A stretch of DNA of 64,000 bases from Octopus sinensis (Eukaryota): assembly GCF_006345805.1 (NCBI RefSeq), contig NC_043014.1, forward strand, positions 22,134,001 to 22,198,000, read 5' to 3'. Numbering within the stretch: position 1 is the stretch's first letter; each line of letters begins with the position of its first letter. Below the pieces are notes generated by a model that was given only the letters and a program-made list of their open reading frames with translations, had not been told where the DNA came from and did no database searches. Shown here one piece after another: positions 42,223 to 56,599 of the stretch. The position numbers and the translations under genes are program-made.

Positions 42223-43898
42223 GTTGTTGTTGTTGCTGTTGTTGATGATGATGTTGATGATGTTGATGATGATGATGTTCAGCCCTAAATCAGCTTTCAT
42301 TGAGCAGACAATGGATGGAAACCTTTCCTACCGTTACCATCCCATCTTATTTTCTGCCGACTTGCATTATCTAAAGTAGTCGTGGTTAACATGCGGCTTG
42401 TCGGACTTTCTGTATGGCATGCCTAACAATAGGTTGCCTTCAATTTTTTTTAGTAGTACGGCCCACCTGATGACGATGCATGTCTCATGCAGCTTGCTTC
42501 TCGAAAAAAGTTTCCATCCTTAATCTAAAGTGGCCTTTATTCAAGGCAGGAGAAAGTGATTTGTGGGATAGTTGGCTGTTCTTTCTAGCAGGTCAAATGA
42601 GCATTTAGAGGCATCCACGTTAGCAGGCAGACTGTAACAGTTTAGACCTGATCAAACAAAATTATGATGAAAGGCATTCAAACCATAGCCATCCCATCTT
42701 TTCTCCCAAACATTGTGTTTATCTAGGAGTATAGTATTCAGTGTCATCTTCCCCTTTTAAGATTTTGGAAATATATTGAACTAGGAGTGACTGCTACTTT
42801 TAACAGGTTGAGTGACCACGTAGAGGCTCCATTACTGGGCTTTGTATAGCAACAGAGATATTGGTCAATTGACTGGGTAACTCTATTCATGAAAGGCCTG
42901 AGAAAGGAATCACGTACTATTATTAATTAATATTTCAAGGCATGAAGCCAGGTACATATCTATTATAGAAACAGAAAGAAAAACATTTCGAAATATAAGT
43001 ATTTATAGATAGATGTAGCAAAAACGTGAGCTCTGAATAAATAATGATAACCATTGAGATAAAAAAAAGGTTATGAGAGAAATAAAAGGAAATAAATTAA
43101 CTACAAATTGAGTACTTAACAATGGCACACTTTAATACAACAACTGTAGTAAAATAGGTCCTCCGGTGATCACCTACATCATAGCTTTTCCACACGTCTT
43201 CTAGCAATCAGCAAAATATGAATTTAACTACCTACAGAATGGACAAGAGAACTAAAATTGATTTGAGTACAATGACTCAAAAGAAGTTGTATCTTACATT
43301 GTAACGATGAAAATAAAGAGCCGTTTCAATTAATAATAATTTTCTTCCTCTCAGTTATTGGCTACATATAATCGTTACAGCGGCACAAACTGTAGCTACA
43401 CCACTACTCACATCCGAAGGAATCTCCTGTCAACATGAGAACACAATATGTTAACTAAAATGAGCGGGAGGCCTTTACAAATTAGGATAACAAACCAAAA
43501 CACAAGACAACAAACAGAATATAGTATATATAATTACATCCTAATGATATCACAATTTACACAATACGTATTCTACACAATCTCTTCCCAGTACTGTAAC
43601 AGAATTAGCACATTATACACTCAACATAACACCTCCTAATACTATAACTATATATTCTACACAAAAAGGGACAGGCGGCATTTTTCTGCAGGGTGATTCT
43701 TTATAAGTGTATTATATATTTTTTCCGTGCATGGGGACAAAGACAAGGACCTCTTTGGGTGTCAACGATCTCCCAGTATTGTAATAGAACTGATGTATCC
43801 TACATAGTATCTCCGATTACAACAACACCGCTAAAACAATACAGATTCTACACACTCACATTTCAGTACTATAACGCAACACTGTACACACTCTATAT

Positions 43899-44153
43899 CA
43901 GTGATTCTCAAACGGGGTCCATATGGCCCTTAGGGGTTCTTATAAGATTTTTGCTGTTAAAATTTATTTGCAATAAATTGGTTAAACTTCTACAATACAC
44001 AAAATATTTTAATAATTTTTTAATACAATTCCCAATAAAATGAAATTATAAAAATATGATAAAATTTTTTAAACATCGAATGATTAGGATGGTCCATCCG
44101 AGTAAAATAGGAATCAAACGGGTCAATAGGCAAAATATGGTTGAAAACCACTG
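43899..44153. mobile_element. hAT/Charlie-type MITE
   Basis: TIRs cagtgattctcaaac / ggttgaaaaccactg; TSD not clearly preserved. A related end lies near 15295. Confidence 0.6.
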
Positions 44154-44859
44154 TTCCACACAATCACATCTTGTTACTATAACACAACACGGCACAGACT
44201 CTATACCATTACAACGCTTGCATATTCATACCCATTCTGTAGAGGACTGTTAGACAGCATCAGATTTGGTTAAACAATGTTACCAGCGTATTACATCCAT
44301 CATTGATCACGCAGTTCTGATCTGCCTACTCCCCACCAATCTCTCGTCAAACAAATCTCAATAAACCACAAAGAGCATAAAACATTTCATTACCATCGCA
44401 GACCGCATACATACACAATTACACAGACCCTGGACACTTTACACAATGACCCCCAAAACACAACGAGAACACACGAACGCAATTTGTTGTTGCAGCAAAC
44501 CTCAAACCTGCCCCTGTGACTACATGCACAATTATTCGGAAACACGCACAGACATCTAAAAGATATACAACGGTATAGAGTTTACGGTATAGAGTAAACT
44601 CTATACCGTTGTTTGACCATGCTAGAAATAGCAATGAAATTCCCTCTTAATTCACACTTAACAGCTCTAGGAAAAATTATGCAAAACATAGTCTGGAGAG
44701 TTACAACTGGAACATAAGTCTCCCTCGCTCAGGGCATACCTTGGGGTAAATAGCAAAACCCACACCGTCACCCCACCAATAACACTACCTCCAGCACCAC
44801 CAGTACCACAAACATCAACGCAACTACCACAGCCACCACTACCATCGCCGCCGCTCCCA

Positions 44860-44950
44860 CCACCACCACAACCATACCCCCACCACAACCATACCCCTAC
44901 CACAACCATACCCCACCACAACCATACCCCTCACCACAACCATACCACTA
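44860..44950. repeat. About 17-18-bp minisatellite (caccacaaccataccc) in CCA-rich tract
   Basis: Five imperfect units visible. Confidence 0.85.
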
Positions 44951-45396
44951 CCACCACCACCACCACCACCACCGCTACTGCAACTGACGTCGTTGCCTCT
45001 GCTGCCACTACCACTACCACAGTCTTTTACATGGCAGTCAAACATTCTGGGTTAATTTACTAGTGTGAAAATGTTCAAAACGGTAAAACGTAGTCTTGTG
45101 TTAAGTGATGCGTGGAGGTTAGTTAAGGTGAAAGGTCACCATTACACTGGGTGCTTCAACTACATTATTGTGATCGCCAGACGACAATTAGAGCTCGTTC
45201 TGCTTCAACAAATTTTACACGAACTTCTTTCCAAACCTGACGTATTCAACCTAAATATATTATCAGTTACACACACACACACACACACACAAACACATAC
45301 AGACAACCAGACAGATATAGGTGTATAAACACAAACACAAACATACATATACATACATGCATACAGACACAGGTACACACGCGCATAAACATATAC

Positions 45397-45476
<80 letters not shown>

Positions 45477-45644
45477 CATGCTTACGAGTGCGCGCGCACA
45501 CACAATATTAATGTCGGCTGTTTACTTCGAAGTATTCCCGATAGAACTGGATTCGCAAAACAGTTTTGAGAAACCATTTCTGAGGACGAAACAGAAATTA
45601 TTTCAACTTGACTTTGTTTTGTACATGTTTAGTATGTGAATTAC

Positions 45645-45757
45645 ATAAGCGCGGGAGTGGCTGTGTGGTAACCTGTGTCTTCTTTTATATCCTCAGGCCG
45701 ACCAAAGCCTTGTGAGTGTATTTGGTAGACGGAAACTGAAAGAAGCACGTCACATAT

Positions 45758-45811
<54 letters not shown>

Positions 45812-45836
45812 GTCTATCTATCTATCTATCTATCTG

Positions 45837-45882
<46 letters not shown>

Positions 45883-46140
45883 GATCTATCTATCTATCGA
45901 TCTGTCTGTCTGTCTATCTATCTATATACGTGCGTGTGTGTTCCTCCCCAAACACCGCTTGACAACCGGTGTTGGTGTGTTTACGTTCCCGTAACTTAGC
46001 GGTTCGATCGACAGAATAAGTACAAGGCTTAATATTTTTTTTTAATGTACTGGGATCGATTCATTCGTCAAAACTTTTAAAGGTGGTTCCCAAGTACGGC
46101 CGCAGTCTAATGACTGAAACAAGTAAAAGAATCAAAGAGT
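45645..46140 (+). mobile_element. SINE family A with internal (TCTA)n and partial head deletion
   Basis: gcgcgggagtggctgtgtggtaa head, ccgaccaaagccttgtgagt body and cagtctaatgactgaaacaagtaaaag tail. Confidence 0.85.
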
Positions 46141-46286
46141 AAAAACCTATTAAACAAACATATATATATAGACATGCGCGCACGTCCACACACGCATACA
46201 CTCACAGAAACACACACAAACGCACACAAACACACTAGACAAAATAAAATAAAGAAAATAACTATTAACCTCAGAGAAATAACAGT

Positions 46287-46490
46287 TGTGGTCCAATGCA
46301 GTGGTTAGAGTGTTAAACTCTGCATTGTGTCCTTGAACAAAACACAGCATTTCACGTTGCTTCAGTCTACTCAGGTGGTAAAAATGAGTAATCTTGCGAC
46401 GGACCAGCGTCCTGTCCAGGGAGGAATATATACGCCAAGGAAACCGAGAAACCAGCTCTATGCTCCTTACGGAGTAATGTGGACTAACCA
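46287..46490 (+). mobile_element. SINE fragment with V-domain-like core
   Basis: tgtgtccttgaacaaaacac...ttgcgacggaccagcgtcctgtccaggg resembles the V-SINE conserved domain. Confidence 0.5.
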
Positions 46491-46789
46491 CACTGAGTAG
46501 CATCGTCCTTTTTTCTGGCTAGTTTGTGACATTTGTTATTTGCTTGTGTTGAAAAAATTGTAGAAAATGGTTTGTATATCCTTCAACCTTTGCTTTTGTG
46601 ACCTAGATTATTTTAAAATTTACCAATTTTCTATAGGGAAAACGGGTTAATTTACATACTTTTGCTTGCATTCTATCTTTATACCAGAAGAAAAAAAGCC
46701 CAACAACGTATGGATCTAATTCAAAGTTATCAAATTTAGGTTATAAAAAAAGTGAACACAAAGTTTAGAAATGAGTAGTTTTTCGGAAT

Positions 46790-47320
46790 ATGCTTCACAT
46801 ATCAGCCCCTAAATATAGTTTGCCTTCATGTTTTCGTCATCCACCTTTTGATAGCAACATTCAAAGTCCAGCATAAATAGAGGCGCTCGCTTTGCTTCTC
46901 TGATTACGCTTTCATGTTCTTGAATTTATCAAAACGAGCCCCGAGGATATGAACTTTCAGCGGTTCACTTTTGCTGTGGTTCTTCGCTAGAATCTCAACC
47001 AGCTCTACATAGTTTTCTGCATTGTGATTGCTCAGAAACCCCTGAATCATTGCAACTAAGTTATCCCAAGCTGCTCTTTCTTTCCAACTGGGAATTTTGA
47101 GAAATTCCTTTCACTCCAGGACCTTCTGTACTGTGATCCGACAAAGACACTTGCTTTGACCTTTGCCTCAGACAGCTAAGGAAATATGTCATGAAGATAC
47201 TAACAGGCTGAAGACACTTTATCAAAGGCAGTGAAAATTGTCTCATAAGACTCAATTTTATGTGCAGTAATGAGAACAACACCTTCCAGGTTTCCACCAA
47301 TAGCTCACACATTACTCACG
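46790..47320 (-). pseudogene. Chapaev3-like (CMC) transposase C-terminal relic
   Basis: AAWDNLVAMIQGFLSNHNAENYVELV...KVHIL...SEKQSER resembles the FLGNHKAENY / KIHFLHSH / SDEHGERF motifs; family name is from recollection of those motifs. Confidence 0.55.
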
Positions 47321-47475
47321 TAACCAATTTTGTATCCGATATGTATTACAGTGGAAATTACTAAAAAAATGAATTTTAAAAAATTAAAAAATCTTTACAA
47401 TATAAAATTCTACTTTCAAGCAAGCTGAAATTGTACATCTTATCCTATAGAGTTTATTTATATTTTATCATTATA

Positions 47476-47858
47476 CTAGCAGTATCGCCCGGCGTTGCTC
47501 AGGTTTGTAAGGGAAATAACTATAAAGCATTTTTAGAGAGTTATAGCCAAAATATAGCAAAAAAATGGAAAAAAATTATGGTAAATTTTTTTTTTAGTTA
47601 AAAAAGGTGGAGTTGCGTCCCCTAGACAGTTTGCGGTTTGTGTTTCTGATTCTCGACCCCATGTCGAATTTATCAATTTTTTTCAGAACTGGGGGAACTT
47701 TTCAAAATTTTCTCTGCGTTAGTTTTGAATTATGACATTGGGCTATGTGTGTGTCAAGTTTCATCAGAATCGGTTGAAAGCCGTGGTCAGGGTGAGGGTA
47801 CAAGCAAACAGACACACAGAAACACGCACAGACAAACTGCCGTTTATATAGAGAGAGA
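47476..47858 (-). mobile_element. Non-autonomous Helitron-like element
   Basis: Minus strand A|TCTCTCTCTATATAAACGGC ... gcaacgccgggcgatactgCTAG|T. 5' end like 9083, 3' end like 17428. Confidence 0.85.
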
Positions 47859-50398
47859 TATTATTGATTAATTAATTGATTGATTAATTAATTTGTTTTC
47901 ATTTAGTAATATATTTGTTTTCTAGTGCTCGCAGGTGAAATGATATACTTAATTTGTCTTGATCTCAGGCTTGCCGAAATGCACCTTGTAGACTTCATGC
48001 ATCAAGTAAACTTGACACTGCCGCTCTTCTCTTTGTTACAGATTTAATTAGCTGGACTACGGTCATGCAACACAATCTTCGACGGTTTTGTTTTCGATTA
48101 CATTATCTTCAGTGTTTACATCAGTCTGCAGACTTGTTCGTACTCAATTTGTCAATCTCCTAATTTACAGAAGAGAAAAGAACACCACATAAGACCGGTT
48201 TTTAGACTAGTGTAGCTATTCTATAGATTTATAACTGTTTCAACAACTTGTACGTGACAAATCAAAGATCATATATGCAAACATGGATGAGAGCAATGAT
48301 ATAGTCTTGCCCATTATATAATACATATTACATTATAATCTCCAGTCTTTTCATCATAACCGAACAAATAGTGTTATATTCGTTCGTTCGGTTGTGATGA
48401 ATGTGAAGATAAATATATAATATACGTTATGTAACAGATATAATTATATCATTCTCATTTATGCAAACAAGCAGAAAGACCGTCCTCCGGGCGGTTTTCT
48501 GCCGGCCACTCGATAATATTTCCACATTTGATTCCCAATTTTAGTAATTTTTATAAAATTTTACGTCTACTTATTTCTTTGTACAATAGTGCTCACTTGC
48601 TTAGTAAATATTACTTTCTCTATTTTATCAGTCATAATCTCTCTTTTTTAAAGAGTCAATCTGTTATATATATTTATCATTAATAATTGGTTGAACTTAC
48701 ATTAATAATTGGTAGAACTTACATAGGTGTGCATTCCATGGTGAACATTCCAAAGAAAAATTATTAGGACATCCAGGATAACAATATACGAGCACAAAGG
48801 AATTAAAATCAAGTAGAGACTGTAATGTAGTTCAACAAAAAAGGAAGAAGATGAGTATTGTCTTTCGACAATACGGTCAGAGGAAATGCTTATAGGAGTG
48901 AAAAAATAAAGATGTGAAAAGATACTGTTTACAATCACTGGCGCATTCAGTAGGAGTGCAACAGGATTTAACTCTCTCAAACTTAGGCATGCCGAAACTA
49001 TGCTGATTCTGGAACTATAGCTGATGAGATTATTCTCTGTTTGTTCTTTTCCATTAATCGTTTTCCTTGTCGTTTGACTTGGATTTTGATTACATGCATT
49101 ATCTTTTACAAACAACATCTATTTTTGGTCATCTCACTGTGGTCACTGTATCTTTTCCTCCTAGTTACCTCTTATTTCCTGTAGCCTTACTGTTTTTCTC
49201 ACTCTGCTTTCACTGCCATTTAACTGTCTTTCTTCTTTCGTTATTTTTCTTTCTGTCTCTCTCATGTGTTTTCTCATTCATCCAACTTTTACTTTTCGAC
49301 CCTGCAGCTTCTGCTGCTGGGCTAATCTCATCATGTCTTTTCTCATTTTCCCTTTCTGACGTTGAACTTCCTCCTTTTCATACATTCATAGTACGTATTC
49401 CGATGTATCATACTCTATTTTCTTAATCTTGTTGATTTTCTCGTCCACCCACTATCTCTTTCTCTCTTACTACTTGCTCTCATTGCTTCTTACTCTTTCT
49501 GCTTTCCTTTTGTCTCTCATCTAATGTCTATTGTGACGAAATCCATACCTCTTTTTCTTCATTCGCATTAGTATTTTACCTGGAGAGTTAGGGTGTACTT
49601 TTTTTATTTTGCTTTTTGTTGTTGAGTTGTTTTACACGTATTTGCTTGTCCATAATTTTCCGTTTCACTAGTATATTGTTATTTTCCTTGTTCTAAGATT
49701 GCATCATTTACCATTAACTCAGTGATTTTCACAATCCCTAGCACATCTAGAGAAGTAGTACCAAAGGATGAAATCTCCAGAGTTAAGCGTCCCGAAACTT
49801 CACTAGTTCTGAACCAAATGCCTGACGAAAGACCTTTCATGTGAAACTGTCCTTTTCAGATAATGACTTTAAGTATCATTTGACATTAGTTTTGAGTACA
49901 ATACATTCTTAGCGCACACAGCCTCTTATGTATGTGTGTGTGTGTGGCTTGTATGTATGTATGTATGTATGTATGTATGTATGTATGTATGTATGTATGT
50001 ATGTATGTATGTATGTATGCATGTAAGCCCAGGAAAAAATTCACAAGAAAATGTCAATGACTGGTTTTAATTCTAAATTTCATTGTTTTGCGAGACTGAA
50101 TAAAACAGGATTCTTTCACACACAAGTAATGCCTCTATACAAACACTGCCGTCATGGTCTGCAAGTTATATAGTGTCAGCTATTAATTGACTTACGATAT
50201 TATTTGTTTAATTACTGTTAACTATTAACTTGCGGTATTTAAATAAAATGTGACATTTGTATGTGACTTTTGGTCCATTACTTCACACACACACATGCAC
50301 ACAAACATATGTAAAGCATACATACATACACAACGCATGCACACGTATATGAATACACAGACACAGACACACACATGCATATGTATGTATATTATATA

Positions 50399-50450
<52 letters not shown>

Positions 50451-50713
50451 GTTTATGAATGTGCGTTGCAATATCCTTGATGTAAAACTGTGTGTTGAAA
50501 CAGATATTGCTGTATTTTGGGCTGGACATTTTCTTTTTTTTTTGCCAAATAAACACACGCACTATATATTCGTTCTTCACTCGCTTATTACTGTTCATAT
50601 TTTAACTAATATCCATTGTCCGGGAATCTTTTGTCACACATCTGTGACCTCCTCAGTGACACTTTCCATCCCCGTGTGTGCTCCTGTCCCGCTTTGTCCA
50701 TTCTGAACAGTAA

Positions 50714-51991
50714 TAGGGTTGGCAACTAAGTTCCTACCGTTTTTTTTTAATTTAAATTTTTAAAAAGGTTTAATAAAACAACAACTAATTAATCAATAAT
50801 GTATTCACCCTTGTTGTTTACCACTTCTTCCCAACGTTCAGCAAGATGTTCAATACCTCGTTGGTAGAAATCACCCGATTTCGACTCGTAAAATTGATCC
50901 AACCAAGCTTTCGATTCTGCATCAGTATTGAACGAAACTCCGCGCATAGCATTTGGAAGAGATCGAAAGAGGTGGAAATCCGTTGGTGCCAAATCAGAAG
51001 AGTACGGTAGGTGTGGCAGCACTTCCCACTCATGCGTCATATTGGCGATATGAGAGCAGGCGTTGTCGTGCAGCAGAACTCCTTGCTGCCGATTAGGTCT
51101 TTTCACTTGAATTTCCATGTTGAGTCGTTCCATCTGTTGAACATAGAGTTCTGCGTTGACCGCTTGGTTCCGTTCAAGCAATTCGTAATGGATAATCCCT
51201 TTCCAGTCCCACCATACGCACAACATCGTTTTACGCGGATGACGGTCTTGTTCACGCGTGGTGTCGCTTGTTTACCGGGGCTAAGCCATTCCTTACGCTG
51301 CTTCATATTGATGTACAGGCACCAATTTTTGTCCCCAGTAACGATTCGGTAAAGAAATCGTTGCTTGTGTCCATGAGTTGAGCGGTGACGAGCAAGCAAA
51401 CCAGCGGAAATTGCGGCTCGATGATTTTTGTTGTTGTCACTTAAAGCATGCGGAACCCATGCTCCATACTTCTGAAACTTTCCCATCGAGTGAAGATGCT
51501 TCTCTATAGCAGTGTAGGAACATTTTATACTATCTCTGCAAGTTCGTTTGTCGTTTGACGAGAGTTTTCGTGCAAAAGTTGGTTTAATCGCTCTTCATCG
51601 AACTCAACTGGACGGCCAGAGCGAGGTGCATCTTTGAGGTCAAAATTTCCATCTTTGAACTTGGCACACCAATCACGAGCGGTTCTTTCAGCTATGGCAC
51701 CCTCTCCATCCATACACAGCACAAATGTCGCGAGCAGCTTTTGCGGCCTTAGAACCTTGATTAAAAGCAAAAAGAAGGAGGTATCGAAAATGCTCGTTTT
51801 TCTTACCTTGGCATTCCATTTTAATAATCTGAAAATAAACAAAAATTAACTAAAATTCACTAGAAAAAATAAAAAAAAGATTCCAATCTGATTAAAAAAT
51901 AGAATTCTCGAAAAAAAAATAGATTCCAAAATTTAAAACCGCAATAAATTCCAAAATTTTAAAAAACGGCGGCAACTTAGTTGCCAACCCA

Positions 51992-51992
<1 letters not shown>
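50714..51992 (-). mobile_element. Mariner element, full-length, frameshifted
   Basis: TIRs gggttggcaactaagtt(c/g)c..ccgttttt at both ends, 1279 bp. ORFs 51525-51842, 51103-51486 and 50789-51226 with IVTGDKNW, LHDNAC and YSSDLAPTDFHLF. Confidence 0.95.
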
Positions 51993-52024
<32 letters not shown>

Positions 52025-52040
52025 ATACATATATAATTTG

Positions 52041-53143
52041 TTACGCCACCGCGCAAGCCCTAGGCCTTCCGATGCCACCAACAGGGCCCTCACTCCGGGA
52101 ACAGCCCGCTTGCGACGGCGACGGCGCTCAGTAAACCGGAAATCCACCACGGGAAAGGGAAGAAGACGGCGAACGCAGCCAGGAACCAACACAACAACAA
52201 AAGAAGAGACACAGGCGGAAGTTGCGGAATTCAAACAATTTTTTTTCAAAACATAACCAAAGCATTCACAACAAAGGTTAATAGATCATGTACAGAGTTC
52301 GAAGAACAAATCATTTGCATTTAAACATAATACAGAGTTCGAAAAACAAATCATTTTACATTTAACACAAAGTTCACAATCAACAGTCTCTTAGAACTTC
52401 ACTTTCCTCTTTTTTTTTTAACACGACAGTTCTCAACAAGTTCCTTCTACTTTTAAAAACATTTCCAAGTTCTTTTTCTTCTTCCTTTTCTTTTCTCTTA
52501 AAAACAGCCAACAACACGCTCTTTTTTTTTCTTTTCAACGGTTACGTCAGAGCCTCTCTCTTTTTTTTTTCATTTCAACGGCACATCGTCTCTTTTCTTC
52601 TTTTTTTTTTTCAAGACATTTACATTTAAACATTAGAATTCAAAACATACAGAAACACAACATTTACCAGAACATTTGTTTCTTAAATTCGCGCCCGCAA
52701 CAATTTTTAACTTCACAAATTCCTACTACGACAACTTGCCTGGCCGCTCGTTGTCATCTCTCTCTTTACCGTCTCTCGTCCCCGCCATCTCCAACTACAC
52801 CTGTCTGTCTCTGTCAGTCTCTGACTGTCATCTTCTTGGCTGTCTCTCGCCGACTCAACCTTTTACTTAATGCTAGCCGTATTTATAACGGCCAGCAGCT
52901 AGAAGAAGAGAGATATCGATGAAAGCAGTGTGTGGATCCCTTCCCAACATTTTTATTTTTTAAAACTTTCCGTGACCGTGTGGGGGCCATAGTTCATATC
53001 ATGGGGCCATTAATAATCGTGCTCTTTGACAGGACAAAGGAAATACCATTGTCCTGAACAATTGGAGCGCCGGTTCGAGTCCAACTAATGGAACAAGGAG
53101 CATAATTTTTTTGTTCGTTTACATTTTCCTTGCGTCCGTAGTA

Positions 53144-53146
<3 letters not shown>
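52041..53146 (-). mobile_element. Probable solo LTR
   Basis: Termini TGTTAC...GTAATA; minus-strand TATAAATA near 52880 followed by GA-rich tract; no coding; TSD not recognisable. Confidence 0.4.
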
Positions 53147-53207
<61 letters not shown>

Positions 53208-53214
53208 TTCCGTG

Positions 53215-53690
53215 AGAGTTAGAGGTTGGGAAACCAACCAACTAAGGGATAGTACCTATCCAATATACTGCTGGTAGTGTGCCCAATTATTAATACCCAA
53301 GTACTGGTTATTGCATGGCAATTTCGCAATTGAGTGTCATATATGAGCGGGGGTAAAAAGTGGTTTACTCTTAATTTATATGGCAAAAAGAAAATGGAGG
53401 GGATACAAAAATGACATGCATCAGCTGGTAGACATTCTATTATGTCTATTTATTCCAAAAGAAAAGGGAGTATTATAAGAATACACACATGCAAAGACTG
53501 GGTGCTACACAAATACATACTAGTAATGCATAAAAGAGGAAAAAATTAAAAGATCAGTTCCTTACGGCCGTTTCTGCCAAGAGGCCACGATATCCTCCAT
53601 GCTAGCTCCATCTTTTCAGTGTTCTGTAGGGATGGGTAGATAGAGTTTGGATGTTGAGTGTGCCTCTAGGCTTCATCAGAGGGTCTAAAT
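53215..53690 (-). mobile_element. Penelope-like terminal repeat with hammerhead motif (53560-53682)
   Basis: cct-CTGATGA-A-GCCTAGAGGC-(loop)-GCCTCTTGGC-A-GAAA-CGGCCG-TA-agg; homologous to 2340-2745 and, inverted, to 5450-5610. Confidence 0.6.
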
Positions 53691-54639
53691 GATTAGGAGA
53701 AACGATACATACTTTCAAACCATACTTTCAAACCCACCACTGTAAACACAAACATAACGTGTATTTGTATGTAAACAAAATAAGAACCACTGCCTAAATT
53801 TACCATTCCTAAAAAACTCATCCTTAGAACTAATATAACTTACCTATCCACCACTGGACAAAAGAACATGAATCTTGGAAGGCAACACTTGAAGTCTATG
53901 ACTTATTTACCTTTCCTATACCTAATCCATTTTACTAAATTTTACTCCTCTCACAGTCTTGCTCCTATTCTTCTTATGCGCTCTTCAGTAAGAAAAATAT
54001 ACTGTATCTATTAGTAACTGACTCTTGTAACATGCAGTCAAAAGATCCAACGCTAGATACCCTCACCACTCCTGTACTACAAGAGTACATTATACTGAGA
54101 TAGCATCCTCCCTTCACAAACCCCTACAGACACACATTTGTCCGTTGGCCAAATTTAAGAGTCTTCGTATTGTTTATGTATGTGTAAGTATATGTCTCTG
54201 CCAGTATGCTTCAGTATCTGTTCTCGACTGTCTCTACTGTCTGTCTGTATTATGTGTGCAACTGTCGTTTTCATTGCGTGTGTGTGTGTCGCGCGCGCGC
54301 GCGTATGTATGTGTGTATGTATGTGTGTATGTGCGTATGTATGTATGTATTCTTGTAGTGTGTCTCCAATCAGGTCTATATGCGCGCGCACACACAAATA
54401 TGAATACTAAAACGCCCGCGCTCGCGCGCATACACACGCATATACACACATACACACGGGCGCGCACACACACATACACATACAGGGGAATATGGATCGA
54501 GAGGCTAAACTCCTATACTGAATAAATTTAACTCTGGAATCACTATTGAACCCTTTCATCGATGATGTTTTTTTATGTATTGGACACAAAAAATAGATAA
54601 ATGAATAAATAAGTGAATAAATAATATTAATAATTCATT

Positions 54640-56332
54640 CTTTTATTAGCCACAAGGGCTTACATATAACAACATAAAATAACAGAACATGAGACAAACG
54701 GTTTTCATCGTGTAAACAATGAAAAATTAAACAAAATAAAACTCCCAAAGGGGAGGCGCTTTAAAGATCCCCGTGGAAAAGCCTAAAAAATTCACGGGTG
54801 CCTGATCAACAGGACAAGAGCCCTTCTTTAGTTTTTTACAGTTGAATGATCAGGCCCTTCTTCCAACATTCATCCACCTTTCAACAAACATTCACTCACC
54901 TTTCAACGAACTTGCTAGAAGGCAACACTTCCCTCTCCACCTTCACTTGAAAACGTTTATTAGGGCTTAGCCAAAAGGGAAAATGTCTGACTTTAGCATT
55001 TTCAAACGAGTCTACCATACTGTCTCTTTCGCTACCGCCACTAGACAAATAAAAATTGCCTACCCTTCTCGGCCAAAGGAGGGTGGCGGAGCAATCTTCA
55101 CAATGAACTGATAGCCGGATCCGTTCTACACGCGACAGCAGGTGTTCAACATAAACCTACAGGTCAACAATACTCGGGCACTGGACGAGGGCGTGCAGAA
55201 CGGTTTCATCGTTCTGCGCGCACCTCAGGGAGATCATGCTTGTATAGTCTATCCCGAACAGGCAGCGCCCCTCGGTAGTACTGTCAGGCAAGGGATTTCT
55301 GGAAGTTATCCATAGGCCCAGACCCGAAAGTTCTCCGAAACAGACCGGTTAGTTGATCTTCGTCGACGCCTGAAATTTCTCTGAGAACGTCGTCGCAGTT
55401 CCCCTCCACTAGCCCTCTATAGAACACTAGAATGGAACTTCCCCCGACGGCATTGTCCGCCTGGCGGAGAGCTGTGAGTGCTTGACAGCACTCGAGGTGC
55501 CAAGTGCCCCCTCCTCCACTCGGTCTACGCCTGATACAGGATTGCAGCTGTGGAAAAGTGATTCTTACAAACGGTTACCACACCTGTTCACCGCCAAGGA
55601 AACGCTGGTGATGCCGTAGCCTGAGCGCATGTCTGCGAATCAGCAACCATGGCATGCTCAACCCTCCATTCAGTGGCTGTTGAGAGCAGATAAAAAGCCT
55701 GATCAGTGGGACACACCCCTTCTACATAAAGCGGAAGAGTAAGCGCACCAGCTTGGTCAAGCAGTAAACGGAGCAAGGGACGACAGTCAAGAGGTAATAG
55801 GTTGCGGATGCGATGTAGGCATTCGCCACCTCCGCTCGACCTTTCAGGGACAGCTTCTACTTGGCTCATTTCTGGGTGAGATTAGCTACCCTGCTCGTCA
55901 CCACGTCCCAGTTTTTCTCCACCTAGATGTCTGGACCGAATCAGATGCCGAGCAATTTAACCGTCTGTCCAGCCGCCCCATGATACTGTTGGACAGCATG
56001 AACTTGCCCCTCCAAGTACCGAGTTGCTAGCCCACTGGCTTTCCCGCGTTAATTTCTGCTCCTGTCACCGCTTCACATTCTTGTAGTGTGTCTCCAATCA
56101 GGTCTATATGCCTGTGGCTCGACACTATGACGGTGGCATCGTTAGTGTAAGCAGACACACTTCTCCTACATCCTAGATCACACCTGACACCCCTCAAAGC
56201 CTCCAACGTCCGCAGTAGTGGCTCAAGCATCAGTACATACAGAAGGAAGGAGAGAGGGCACACTTGACGGACTGTGCGCAAGATACTGAATAGCTCTGAT
56301 AGATGATCATTCACCCGAACAAAGCGCCTCAT
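54640..56332 (-). mobile_element. 5'-truncated Tx1/L1-clade LINE (element D)
   Basis: RQVCPLSFLLYVLMLEPLLRTL, VSAYTND, VTGAEIN; homologous to ORF2 of element B; 3' end tgtaAGCCcttgtGGCTaataaaagaa. Confidence 0.85.
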
Positions 56333-56364
56333 CTAACTTTCTAACTAACAAAAATAATAATAAT

Positions 56365-56515
56365 TTCTACTATGGGAACAAGGCCTGAAATTTGACAGGA
56401 AAAGGCTAGTCGATTACATCGATCCCAGTGTTCAACTGGTACTTTATTTTATGAATCTCGGCGGAATTTTTATTAAAGGCAAAATCGACCTCAGTGGAAT
56501 TTGAACTCCGAAACA
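56365..56515 (-). mobile_element. SINE family C fragment
   Basis: tcgattacatcgatcccagtgttcaactggtac...aaaatcgacctcagtggaatttgaactc. Confidence 0.75.
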
Positions 56516-56599
56516 TGTAAAGAAAAGAATTTTAAAAATTCAAGCTGAAAAATTTTCCAAAATGAAGGAAAACACAGGGCTACTCGAGAAAATCCAACA

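Noticed and set aside
44667-45045. Gly/Val-rich minus-strand ORFs
   Set aside because: Produced by a CCA-rich tract and minisatellite; no start or splice context.
49698-49844. Possible host exon (about 48 open codons after a pyrimidine tract and AG)
   Set aside because: No convincing donor site, no recognisable domain and no partner exons; would need RNA-seq.
49820-49852. CTGACGA...GAAAC hammerhead-like string
   Set aside because: Stems I and II do not pair properly.
54640-56332. Element D as a fourth SINE-targeted insertion
   Set aside because: Its 3' flank is AT-rich simple sequence, not the AAGTAGCTTGCTT target, and no TSD could be identified.
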